Shown here: positions 1 through 11,450 of the stretch, in pieces
Layout of the letters: each line of letters starts with the position of its first letter
Numbering within the stretch: the first letter of the stretch is position 1
DNA from: Mobula birostris
Lineage: Eukaryota
Direction: 5' to 3'
Length of the DNA: 64,000 nucleotides
NCBI RefSeq assembly: GCF_030028105.1
Contig: NC_092379.1
Location: 19,445,309 to 19,509,308 of the forward strand
Notes under the pieces: model-generated
What the model was told of the DNA's origin: nothing
The model's database searches: none
What the model saw: only the letters and a program-made list of their open reading frames with translations
Made by a program: the position numbers and the translations under genes

Positions 1-1269
1 TTCTAACGTTGTGCTTTGCACCAGCCTACGTTTATCACACAGAATGAGACAAAATGAATCGAAACCGAAGGGCAAAATATGCAGAGACAGCAAGACCCTC
101 TCTTCATTACAGAGCATTTGTCTCGTGTCAGAAACAGGCTCACTGTAATGATGATTGACTGTTACTGATTGATTTATTGATTATGTTATGGGAATGAGCA
201 GTTCAAATGTAGGTATACCTGCACTTTATGTTCTGAAGCAGTTGGGAAACTCCCACCAACAACTGAAAGTGTGTTTGCTCAGACTGAGCACAGAAGCTCA
301 TCCTGATGACTGTAGCTCAGGTGATCAGATGATTGTGAATTGGCAGCAATAAAGTGGAAAATAAGGAGAAACTAAAAGATGCCACGGACTGCCTTGTCAA
401 TGTTCCATCGATGGGCAGAATCTCGGTGTGACATGCTGGAGCTCACGTTTGTTGATGAGAATGAAGGCTGCCCGGTGAATCAACTTTAGACTGAAACAGC
501 AACACAGACAACAATCTCCGTGGGAGCTGGGGGGGTGGGGGCGATGTTATCAGTGGCCTGGAAACTCTCAGGCCCTGAAGATCAGGGATAATCAACTTGC
601 GTATTCAGAGAGAATCGATAATCTGTCATTGCAACATTGTCAGATAATGAGGTCTGCAATTATAGGTATCTATTAAACCTTTCTTTCTGTCATCTGGACA
701 ATAAAATGTGTAGTTTTATTCCTATAAGAGCCTTGGGCCAGTAGATTGCTATTTGATTTTTGTGATTACCTTGAATAAAATAACATCACCTGAATTGGAT
801 TTGTGTCTCTTTAAACTCTGATTGATAGATCTCACAATACCTGCAAATAACTGTCCTGAGGAGGGTAGTGTGATGGTACTACCTTATTATTTGGGGAATT
901 TTGACCTTTCAGGTGTTGGATTGGACTGTATAATTGTTATTTGGCTTGTAGTTTAACTTTCTTATGTTTGTTTGTTTTTAAATAATTACCTACATAGATG
1001 TAACAGTGGGTTGCCATTCCATGCATCTCCTGGAAACTCCCAATTTCAGTGGCAGGTATCACATTGCTTGAATAGGGACTATCTCACTGATTAATTTAAG
1101 CAGTGGGATTTGAATGGAATGTCCGCTACCAGTTTTCAACAGTTATAAGCAATGGGTTTTAATGCCCCTTCTTGACCTCTGAAGAACTCTTCATCAGGAC
1201 ATCAGGACCCAACACAAGTTTAAGTTTTGATCAACAAATCCATCAGACAGGCTGGGGAATCCAGCATTT

Positions 1270-2010
1270 GGGGTGGCATGGTAGTGGTGAAGTATGTAAA
1301 AGGTTAACACCGTCAGTTAAGCATAGCAGGCTGTTTTCTCTGAAAGAACCGTTGATGATCGACAGATGTGCCATTCAATGCTGATCAATATTTCTTCTCG
1401 AAGTTAGCCAGCTGGTGTTTCAGGGTCCTTGTCCTTGTGCAATTATGTGCAGAGATAAGACCAGCCTGTTCTGTGTATGAGACCTTATGCCTATTCTGTA
1501 ATTTGTCTTTCGGGAATGTCATGTAGTAGATAAGTTTGGCTCCAGCCTGTCTTGTGTGGGGGTATCTGAATGAATATACTCATGTTGTAAGGGGAATTGT
1601 GAGTTAGTTGGTGGACTGTTCCTGTTTGGGCGACTAACTGAGTAAGCCCTGGGTGCTTTGAATAAAGAATTTGTACTTATACTGTCTCTGAGTGACTTTA
1701 TGCAGATTCCACTTCCACAGTAGTGTAGTGGTTAGCAGAATGCTTTCCAGTGCAGGTGACCTGGGGTTCAATTCCTGTCACTGCCTGTAAGGAATTTGTA
1801 ATTTCTCCCCGAGAATGTGTGGGTTTCCACCGGGTACTCCAGTTTCCTCTCACAGTCCAAAGACAAACCGGTTGGTACTTTAATTAGTCATTGTAAATTG
1901 TCCTGTGATTAGACTAGGATTAAATCAGGATTCCTGGGCAGTGTGGCTCGAAGGGCCAGAAGGGCCTATTCCATGCTTTATGTCAGTAAATAAATGAATT
2001 AAATAATTTA
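1270..2010 (+). mobile_element. tRNA-derived SINE (HE1/V-SINE-like), interrupted by a solo LTR at 1285-1719
   Basis: A-box TAGTGTAGTGG at 1721-1731 and B-box GGTTCAATTCC at 1765-1775. The body is GGGTTTCCACCGGGTACTCCAGTTTCCTCTCACAGTCCAAAGAC. It ends in a CR1-like tail GAAGGGCCTATTCCATGC plus an AT-rich end. The head GGGGTGGCATGGTAG lies left of the LTR. Confidence 0.85.
1285..1719 (+). mobile_element. Solo LTR (435 bp)
   Basis: TG...CA ends (TGGTGAAG / CTTCCACA, near-inverted), a perfect 4-bp TSD GTAG (1281-1284, 1720-1723) and AATAAA ~55 bp from the right end. Removing it restores the SINE head. Confidence 0.8.
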
Positions 2011-2289
2011 CATGGACTTTACTGACCTTTTGTCAGGAATTCATTCTGAAATGATTCGTGAGTTTCCTCTCACTCTCCTCCATATGGGAGTCCACTCTAC
2101 TGTCAATTACTCTATCTGAGGAGCTTCCTTAACGAAGTCCACAGATTCATTCTAATGAATTTAAACCTGCAGTACTGTCTTTCTCTTCCTCTTTAATTTA
2201 AATCTATCTTATGGATGTCATTTCCATTCCCTTCACTCCTCCATCTCTCTATGTCTGATGTCTCATTGAGCCAGGAAATTGTGGTGCAA

Positions 2290-2633
2290 ACCATTTCAGC
2301 ACATCATCCCGTTGGACTGAGGCATTGCTTCCAGATTCCTCCTCTGACCAGACATTTCCTTACCTGCCATTCCCTCTCCTTCTATGATCTGACATCTGAT
2401 TTATGCCCTGATGGGTCATCCCACACAGCAGTATCCAAAGAGGTGTACTTGTTGCTGAGGAGAATGGCTACAGCGGAACCTTGCAATGACTGCTGAATCC
2501 CCTTACCTCTTCTGTTGGTCACCCATCTACTGTGTGAAGCCCATACTCTGGGTGTGACCACCTCTTCAATAGTCTCATCTATAATGTCTTCAGCCTCCTG
2601 GATGATCCTGAGTACATCCAACTCCAGCTCCAG
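2290..2633 (-). mobile_element. CR1 LINE ORF1 fragment
   Basis: Minus-strand translation LELDVLRIIQEAEDIIDETIEEVVTPRV...WVTNRRGKG...LSNKYTSLDT. The same ORF1 motif occurs at 18.7-18.9 kb and 54.5-54.7 kb. Confidence 0.75.
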
Positions 2634-5381
2634 TGGAGTATTACACTGGGGTAAAGGAAATTACAGAGTCATGAGAGAGGAGTTAGCCAACGTTGAATGG
2701 AAGGGGACACTAACAGAGATGATGGCAGAGGAGCAATGACAAGTATTCTGGAGGCAGGATGACATTCCATGGCTGACAAGGGAAGTCAAAGACAAAGTAT
2801 AAACAAAAGAAAGGGCCTATAATAGAGCAACAACTAGTGGGGAGTTAGAGGATTGGGATGCTTTTCAAAACCAACAGAAGGCAACTAAAAAAGCTGTAGG
2901 GAGAGAAGAGATGAAATATGAAGGTCAGCTCGCCAATAATATCAAAGGGGATACCAAAAGGTTTTTCAGATATATGAAGTGCAAAAGTGAGGCGAGAGTA
3001 GATATCGGACTGCTGGAAAATAACACTGGAGAGGTAGTAATGGGGGAACAAGGAAATGGTGGATGAATTGAATAGATATTTTCCATCAGTCTTCACTGTG
3101 GAACACGCTCACAGTTTGCCGGAGGTTTGAGAGTGTCACGGGGCATAAGGGAGAAGGTGCTTGGGAAGCTGAAAGGTCTGAAGGTAAATCAGCCACCTGG
3201 ACTAGATGGACTACACCCTAGATTTCTGAAAGAGGCAGCTGAAGAGATTGTGGAGATATTAAGAATAAGTTTTCGAGAATCACTAGATTCTGACATGGTT
3301 CTAGAGGACTGGAAAGTTGAAAATGTCATTCCACTCTTCAACAAGGGAAAGAGGCAGAAGAAAGCATATTATAGATCAGTTAGCCTGACCTGAGTGACTG
3401 GGAAGCTGTTGGAGATGATTGTTGAGAATGAAGTTTCAGGGTCCTTGGAGTCACATGAGAATTAAACGGGAGGAGCAGATGGCAGCCCAGCGCAGCGCGC
3501 GCAGCTGTCTGGTGAAATGATATCGTATTTGTAAGTAGGATGCCGTGCACAATCCTGATTTGATGGAGACAGACGTTGGAAGGCACAGAGGAACATATGG
3601 AGAAATTTCTGAAATGCTCGGTTCGCTGCCGCTGCTACTGTGCGATCGAGAATCTCTGGAGGGAAGGCCCCAAAATCCCGGCTTTGCCTGCTGCTGGCGA
3701 CCGTGGCTGGGGTCGAAGCGTTCGGCAGAGGTGGTGCTCGGTACTCGGTGTTGGAGGGCTGATCGGAGCTCGAAGTTTTCGGATGACTCAGAGTTGGACT
3801 GTGGTCAGGCATGGCAGGGAGAGTTTTCTTCCTTTTCCCATCTGTGTGAGATGTGGGACTTTCGAGAGACTTTGAACTTTTTTACTGTGGCATGGCCTGT
3901 TCTTCATCAAGTTATGGTCTTGTTGCACTGTTGTAACTATATGTTAAAATTATGTGGTTTTTGTTAGTTTTTCAGTCTTGGTCTGTCCTGTGTTTCTGTG
4001 ATATCACACCGGAGGAATATTGTATCATTTCTTAATGCATGCATTACTAAATGACAATAAAAGAGGATTGCGTGTCCTCATGATCTAATCTAATCTAAAT
4101 GGCCAAGTCAACATGGTTTCCTTCAGGGGAAATCTTGTCTGACAAACCCATTGGAATTCTTTGAGGAAATAACAAGCAGGATAGACAAAGGAGAGCTGGT
4201 GGATATTATGTGCTTGGATTTTTAAAAAGCCTTTGACAAGATGCCACACATGAGGATGCTTAACAAGATAAGAGCCCATGGTATTACAGGAAAGATACTA
4301 GCATGGATAGAGCATTGGCTGAATGGCAGGAGGGAAAGAGCAGGAATAAAGGGAACCTTTTCTGATTGGCTGCCGGTGACTAATGGTGTTCCACAGGGGT
4401 CAGTATTGGGACCGCTTCTTTTTACATTTGGATGACAGAATTGATGGCTTTTTGGTCAAGTTTGCGGACAATATGAAGAAAGGTGAAGGGGCAGGTGTTG
4501 TTGAGGAAGCAGGTAGGCTGCAGAAGGACTTAGATTAGTGAATGGACAAACAAATGTCAGATGGAATATACTGTTGGGAAGTGTATAGTCATGCACCTTG
4601 GTAGAAGGAATAAAAGCGTAAACTATTTTTAAACGGGGAGAATACCCAAAAATCCAAGATGCAAAGGGACTTAGGAGTTCTCGTGCAGAATTCCCTGAAG
4701 TTTAAATTGTAGCTCAGTGGTGAGGAAAACAAATGCAATGTTACCATTCATTTCAGAGGACTAGAATATAAAAACAAGGATGTAATTCTGGGTTTTTATA
4801 AGGCATTGGTGTAGTCTCACTCGGAGAGTTGAGAGCAGCTTTGGGCCCCTTATCTAAGTAAGGATGTGTTGACATTGGGCAGAGTTCAAAGGAGGTTCAT
4901 GAAAATGACTCTGGGATTGAAAGGCTAATCATATTTGGAGCATTTGATCGCTCTGGGCCTGTACTTGCTGGAATTTAGAAGAATGAGGGGGATCTCATTG
5001 AAACCTATCGAATGTTGAAAGGCCTAGATAAGAATGCATGTGCAGAGAATGTTCCCCACGGTGGGGGAGTCTAGGACCAAAGGGCACAACTTCAGAATAG
5101 AGGGACGCCCTTTTAAAACAGAGATGAGGAACAATTTGTTTAGCCTAAGGGTGGTGAATCTGTAGAATTAGTTTTCACATGCAGTTATGGAGGCCAGGTC
5201 ACTGAGTGTATTTAAAATGGAGGTTGATAAATTCTTGATAAGTCAGGGTGTAAAAGATTATGGGGAGAAGGTAAGAGAATGGGGTTGAGAGGGAAATGGA
5301 TCAGCCATGATCAAGTAGCGGAACAGACCCAATCAGCTGAATGGCCAAGTTCTGCTCCAATATCTTATGGTCTATATGGTC
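2634..5381 (+). mobile_element. CR1 LINE, 5'-truncated ORF2 plus 3' UTR, degenerate; interrupted at 3459-4098
   Basis: Motifs PGLDGLHPRFLKE, VIPLFNKG..YRSVSLT, GVPQGSVLGPLLF and FADNMK (decayed YADD region). It ends in a CR1 tail TTCTGCTCCAATATCTTATGGTCTATATGGTC. Confidence 0.92.
3459..4098 (+). mobile_element. Non-autonomous, non-tRNA retroposon with GC-rich 5' part and (TCTAA)n tail (copy 1)
   Basis: Inserted inside CR1 ORF2. Homologous to 16795-17279. It ends AAATGACAATAAAAGAGG...ATCTAATCTAATCTAA and has no credible ORF. Confidence 0.8.
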
Positions 5382-5950
5382 ACTGAAAGTGGAGTCACAT
5401 GTAGACAGGGTGGTGAAGAAGACTGTTGGTATTGTGTGTAAAAATTGGGAGTACATGGTGGGATTGTACAAGGTGCTGGTGAGATTGCATATGGGGTATT
5501 GTGTTCAGTTTTTATTCGTCCTGCTGGTGAAAAGATGTTATTAATCTGGAAAGAGTGCAGAAAAGATTTACAGGGATGTTGCCATGACTGAGTTAAAGGG
5601 AGAAGCTGTCTAAACTAAGACTTTCCTTGGGGTGAATATACAGATTGCAGAACATATAATTTATTTACAGTTACTGAGGGGAGTCAAAATAACAGTGAGA
5701 TGGATGTCTTTCTGCTACTGTACTTGATTATTAAATCTCTAGCAACCTCCAGCTTAGATCTGGTGAAAAGCTCTGGCTTGCAGGAGACCGAGTGGAGATT
5801 TTGTAGAGATGCAAAAAATGAAGAGGGCAATGGATAGGAAAAGTTCCCACAAAATGCTGTCAATGTGACGAGCTTGGATGGGCATCTTGGTCAGCATGGA
5901 CGAGTTGGGCCGAAGGGCCTGTTTGCCTGATCCTTGACTCTCTGACTCTC
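5382..5950 (+). mobile_element. CR1 3' fragments (second subfamily)
   Basis: KVESHVDRVVKK...LYKVLVRLHMGYCVQF remnant, and a tail GGACGAGTTGGGCCGAAGGGCCTGTTT...GACTCTCTGACTCT. Confidence 0.75.
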
Positions 5951-6020
5951 CAAATGCAAGTGCAATTTACCGTGGGCAATTAACCTACCAACAATCCTGT
6001 AGGATGTGGAAGAAAGACAT

Positions 6021-7045
6021 ATTTCAATGTGACATATTCATCTGAAAAGCTCCGGCAGACTCAGGAACTCCCGATGGTCTGGAATCCTCCTGTGCACTGT
6101 TTTACCCACATCCTCCACACTCTCAGTCTGACTGATACACTGACACCCAGTGGCTGTCGGTCGGTATTACAACAATCAGTTTGACTGAAGCCTGAATATT
6201 TGGAGGTGTTCCTCTGACCCCCAGTGGTTACAGTTTATCACTGCAAGGTAACAAATGCTTCCCGTCAAATTGTCTTCAATCCAGACACAAGAGTCTGTAA
6301 ATGCTGGGATCTGGAGCTACACACAATCTACTGGAGGAACTCAGCGGGTTGAGCAGCATCGGTGGACAGAAGCTGTGGAATCCCTGAATGAGGACAGTCC
6401 ATGAGCATCTGGGTAACAACAGACAGAATGAAATTACCTAAGTAAAGAAAACCTGCTGATGTTGAAAATCAGAAGGAAAAACTCTTGGAAGCACTGGACA
6501 GGCAATATAGATTGTACATCAGTGGTGGCGGGAAAGAAATGGAGTGTTGGTGATTAGACTATATACATCTCCAAATATGCCAACTTATGTATGTCAGTCA
6601 ATGATCATCAAAACAACTGTAAAATAGCAAAAGCAGAGTCCAATGAACAAGAGCTCAAATCAAGCTCTATTGAAGATACTGTATAAATGCAAATTATTGC
6701 AAGGTAATGATATATTAACAGAAAAAGCCAGCGAGGGAAAGCAGGGATTGTATAAAATGTCCCATCAGTGAGAAACTGATGAAAGAAAACCCTCTCCTTT
6801 CCCTGTCTGTCACTTTCAATGTGACAAATTCATCTGAAGAGCTCCTGTAGTCTCAGACCCTTCTGGCACAATGGAATCCTCCCGTGCACTGTTTCACCCA
6901 CACCGTCCAGCAGTGTCTCTGTGCCTGACTGTTACACTGACACTCAAGAGACTATTACTGCAGCCAGTTTAACTGAAGGCTCAGGATCTGGAGGTGGTCC
7001 TCTGACCCCTAGTGGGTGTAGTTAGTATTGCAGGGTAACAAATTG
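6021..7045. repeat. Diverged direct duplication of ~240 bp (6021-6257 vs 6814-7045)
   Basis: Shared TTTCAATGTGACA.ATTCATCTGAA, GGAATCCTCC.GTGCACTGTTT.ACCCACA, TGGAGGTG.TCCTCTGACCCC.AGTGG and GCA.GGTAACAAAT. Confidence 0.8.
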
Positions 7046-7146
7046 TTTGAATCACGAGGAAATCTGCAGATGCTGAAATTTCAAGCAACACACATCAAAG
7101 TTGCTGGTGAACGCAGCAGGCCAGGCAGCATCTCCAGGAAGAGGTA

Positions 7147-7184
7147 CAGCCGACGTTTCGGGCCGAGACCCTTTGTCAGGACTA
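7147..7184 (-). ncRNA. Hammerhead ribozyme copy in the inverted pLTR, core mutated
   Basis: Minus strand AGTC CTGACAA AGGGTCTCGGCCC GAAACGTC GGCT. The core position G8 is changed to A, so it is probably inactive. Confidence 0.6.
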
Positions 7185-8946
7185 ACTGAAAGAACAGATA
7201 GTAAGAGATTTGAAAGTGGGAGGGGGAGATCCGAAATGAACTTCTCACCCTCTGAAACTTTTTGATGATTTTAAGTTCCCTGGCCCCCACCGCTTTATTT
7301 TCACCATGGATGTCCAGTCCCTATATACTTTCATCCCCCATCAGGAAGGTCTCAAAGCTCTCCACTTCTTTTTGGATTCCAGACCTAACCAGTTCCCCTC
7401 TACCACCACTGTGCTCTGTCTAGCGGAATTAGTCCTTACTCTTAATAATTTCTCCTTTGGCTCCTCCCACTTCCTCCAAACTAAAGGTGTAGCTATGGGC
7501 ACCCGTATGGGTCCTAGCTATGCCTGCCTTTTTGTTGGCTTTGGAACAATCTATGTTCCAAACCTAGTCTGGTATCTGTCCCCCACTTTTCCTTCACTAC
7601 ATCGACGACTGCATTGGCGCTGCTTCCTGCACGCATGCTGAGCTCATTGACTTCATTAACTTTGCCTCCAACTTTCACCCTGCCCTCAAGTTTACCTGGT
7701 CCACTTCCGACACCTCCCTCCCCTTTCTAGATCTTTCTGTCTCTATCTCTGGAGACAGCTTATCTACTGATGTCTACTATAAGCCTACTGACTCTCACAG
7801 CTATCTGGACTATTCTTCTTCTCACCCTGTCTCTTGCAAAAATGCCATTCCCTTCTCACAATTTCTCTGTCTCCGCCGCATCTGCTCTCAGGATGAGACT
7901 TTTCATTCTAGGATGAGGGTGATGTCCTCCTTTTTTAAAGAAAGGGGCTTCCCTTCCTCCACCAACAACTCTGCTCTCAAACGCATCTCCCCCATTTCAC
8001 ACACATCTGCTCTCACTCCATCCTCCTACCACCCCACTAGGAATAGGGTTCCCCATGTCCTCACCTACCATCCCACCAGCCTCCGGGTCCAACATATTAT
8101 TCTCCGTAACTTCCGCCACCTCCAACGGGATCCCACCACTAAGCACATCTTTCCCTCCTCCCCTCTCTCTGCTTTCCACAGGGATCGCTCCCTACGCGAC
8201 TCCCTTGTCCATTTGTCCCCCCCATCCCTCCCCACCAATCTCCCTCCTGGTACTTATTCTTGTAAGCGGAACAAGTGCTACACATGCCCTTACACTTCCT
8301 CCCCCCGGACAGTCCTTCCAGGTGAGGTGACACTTCACCTGTGAGTCAGCTGGGGTGATATACTGCGTCCGCTGCTCCCGATGTGGCCTTCTATATATTG
8401 GCGAGACCCGATGCAGACTGGGAGATCATTTCGCTGAACACCTACGCTCCGTCCGCCAGAGAAAGCAGGATCTCCCAGTGACCACACATTTTAATTCCAC
8501 GCCCCATTCCCATTCTGATATGTCTATCCACGGCCTCCTCCACTGTAAAGATGAAGCCACACTTAGGTTGGAGGAACAACACCTTATATTCCGTCTGGGT
8601 AGCCTCTAACCTGATGGCATGAACATTGACTTCTCTAACTTCCGCTAATACCCCACCTCCCCCTCGTACCCCATCTGTTATTTATATATAAACACATTCT
8701 TTTTCTCTCTCTCTCCTTTTTCTCCTTCTCTCCCTCTTACTATACCCCTTGCCCACCCTCTGGGCTTGTTTTCCCCCCCTCCCCCTTTTCTTTCTCCCTA
8801 GGCCTCCCATGATCCTGTCACATCCCTTTTGCCAATCAACTTTCCAGCTCTTGGCTCCATCCCTCTCCCTCCTGTCTTCTCCTATCATTTTGGATCTCTC
8901 CTTCCCCCTCTCACTTTCAAATCTCTTACCATCTCTTCTTTCAGTT

Positions 8947-8982
8947 AGTCCTGACGAAGGGTCTCGGTCCGAAACGTCGACT
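8947..8982 (+). ncRNA. Minimal type I hammerhead ribozyme in the Penelope pLTR
   Basis: Stem I AGTC(8947-50)/GACT(8979-82), core CTGACGA (8951-57), stem II GGG/TCC, GAAA (8971-74) and palindromic ACGT stem III. Predicted cleavage is after GUC at 8978. Confidence 0.75.
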
Positions 8983-9369
8983 GTACCTCTTCCTAGAGAT
9001 GCTGCCTGGCCTGCTGCTTTCACCAGCATCTTTTATGTGAAGTGTTCGAATCAAATTGCCTTCAGACAAAATTGGCATCTGAACTCCAACAGGAAGAATG
9101 AAATCATCACTGAAAGACAACTAACTGCACATGTTGCAAATAAGAGATAGAAACTACTGAAATTACAGGACAGGCAGTATCTGTGCATAGAAACAAACTA
9201 ATATCACAAGCCTTTCATCAGAGCTGTTGAAATTAGACATTTTAAGGTTGAAAACTAAGTACAGTATCAGAAAAAAATCCACCTCACTCTAATGTCCGCT
9301 CTCCACGATGACCAAGAGACCATGGCACTGCTGCTTGATCTCCCTTAAAATTTGCTTGTCAGAACTAAA

Positions 9370-10330
9370 CAATTCCCCTGGGGTCATGTTGGGGTTGGGG
9401 AGTTTGGAAAGAATGATGTGTATGAGAGGATCTGGGTAGATCAGGATGACAGAGAAAAGGGGACAGAGGAGGAGAAGTTGACCTGAAATTGGAGAATTCA
9501 ATATTTGGGATATCGGACTGTAGGTAACTCAAGTGGAATATGAGGTTCTATTCCACTGGCTTGCTTTTAGCCTCTCTGTTGCACTGAATGATGCCAAGAC
9601 CAGATGGCTTGATGTGGCAATGGCCAGAGGAATTAAAATGGCTGCAAGTGGGAGCTATCGATGGCCATTGTGTCTGGAGTGCAGGTGTTTGTTAAAGTGG
9701 TTCCCTAGTCGCTACTTGTGTCACCTTGAGAGCAACAACGGATGAGGTGCCTGGAAATCTGAGCCTCACTGGAAAGACTGTTTCGGTGATTGAATGGTGG
9801 TGAGGAGGTATAGCGGCAGGTGTTACACCATCATCAATTGTAGGGGAAATTCCTGTTGAAGTCGAGTTATCAACAAACCAGTGAATCACAGAGAGGGTGG
9901 TCCCCGTGGAAAGTAAGTTGGTGGGCAGGGGATGATGTAACTAATGGTGGGATCACATTGTAGCTTTTGGAAATGTCAGTGAATGAATTACTGGATGTGA
10001 AGGCTGGAGGGATGAAAGGCGAGGAAGCTCACTCCCTATTCTGTCTGAGGGAGATGGATTCAATGTAGAATTGTTGTAAGAGGAGATGTGGGTCAGGTCT
10101 CTATCAACCACAGCATGAGAGCGCGTTGAAAGTTGCTGTTCCTTCTGAAAAGACGACATTCCAGATGTCCTGCTTTGGAAGGCCACTTCTCGAGAACAGA
10201 TGCAGCAGAGACAGAGAAACTGAGAGAAAGGAATGGCATCCTTACATGAATGAATTTGAGAGCAAGTGTTGTCCTGATAGTTATGGGAGTCAGTGGTTTT
10301 GTAGTATTCTAAATGGACCAAGAAAGGGGA
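9370..10330 (-). mobile_element. Older Penelope-like element fragment
   Basis: Minus-strand HSCKDAIPFSQFLCLCCICS (9953-10321) and HLSYLQSDIPNIEFSNFR C-terminal motif, both paralleling the element at 7.8-8.6 kb. Confidence 0.75.
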
Positions 10331-10679
10331 AGTTGGTGCCGGAAATGGTCCAAGTGAATCTGAAGTTTTTGAGGGAAATGGGCAATCAACATTTTGGATG
10401 AAGGCTCTTCACCTTAACTGGAAGTGTAGAACAGAGATCACCAGTATAAAGAGGTGAGAGAGTGGGCTGGGACAAGAGCTAGTTATCTTTGTATCTCCTT
10501 TAGTGAAGTGAGGTCCCAGACTTCTGCAAAATTGCTAAATGTTTTTCTTTGTATAAGGACAATCTGTTTCTCTGGATCACTTACCCATACTCTCTATTAC
10601 CATTGCAAAGTCAGAGCTACAGTGCCTCAAAAAATTTTATTCACAGCAAATTATAGGTCATGAGCCTCCCATGAAATGT

Positions 10680-10950
10680 AGGAAAATGATGGGAGAAGAT
10701 TCTCAGGGACAGGATTGACTCACTTTTGGTGAGTATGGACATATGAGGAACCATCAGCCAGGCTTTGTGCATCAGAATTCCTGCCTTATGAACAACTGAG
10801 ATTTTTTTGGGAGGTGATGAAGCTGATTGATGATGACAGGGAAATGGATGTTGTCTACATGGGCTTTAGTAAAGGATTCAACATGGTCACTCATGCTTGA
10901 CTTATCCAGAAGATTCAGACACTTGGGACCCATGGAGACATGGGAGATTA
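10680..10950 (+). mobile_element. Degenerate CR1 RT fragment
   Basis: GGATGTTGTCTACATGGGCTTTAGTAAAGGATTCAAC (DVVYMDFSKAFD region). Confidence 0.65.
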
Positions 10951-11019
10951 GAGTTAAAATTGTCTTAAAACAAACTGCTGGAGAAACTGAACAGGTTTGA
11001 CAACACCACTGTGGGGAAT

Positions 11020-11450
11020 GTACAGTTGATACTGCAGGTCAAGATCCTGCATCTGGGCTGCAAGAGTAGAGGGCAGACAGAGCAAGAGCTGGTTAGTGAT
11101 ACGTGAATCCAACTGAGGACTGGTACAAGGCAGGTGGAGGGAACAATAGGGTGTACATGATGAAATCTGATAGGAATGGAAGGTAAAACCAAATAAGGGA
11201 GATGGGTGGGCAGATAAGAAAGTTGGGGGGGCGGGGAGTGAACTCAGTAGCAGAAGTGTGAGAGTGATGACAATTGGAGTAGGTGCAAGAGGGGATGGAC
11301 ACAGTGTGATCAAGAGTTGGCAGTGGTGTCACTGGCTGGATGAGTATAGGAGGATCTGGGTAGACCTGGAGGCCATAGAAAGGGACAGAAGTGGCTATAT
11401 TAACTGAAATTTGAGAATTCAATGTTTATGCCGTTGAACTGTAGAATTTT
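11020..11450 (-). mobile_element. Penelope-like 3' fragment
   Basis: GAAATTTGAGAATTCAATGTTTATGCC (reverse of the MNIEFSNF end) with purine-rich pLTR-type sequence. Confidence 0.5.

Larger units (their letters stand above)
7050..9040 (+). mobile_element. Penelope-like element (RT + GIY-YIG), 5'-truncated, with an inverted pseudo-LTR copy at the left end
   Basis: RT motifs MDVQSLYT.IP, GVAMGTRMGPSYACLFVG and YIDD. GIY-YIG motif VIYCVRCSRCGLLYIGETRCRL..HFAEH (8355-8609). 7050-7240 is the reverse complement of ~8860-9040. Confidence 0.93.

Noticed and set aside
1720-1790. tRNA gene
   Set aside because: The A and B boxes belong to a SINE head, followed by a SINE body and CR1-like tail. There is no complete cloverleaf.
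2050-2700. Twin-priming 5' inversion of the CR1 at 2634
   Set aside because: The inverted ORF1 piece looks more decayed than the sense part and no TSD is evident. Two separate insertions are the simpler explanation.
6195-6250. Ig/TCR J-segment-like FGGVPLT before a donor site
   Set aside because: It lacks FGxG(T), has no upstream RSS, and the duplicate copy has a stop.
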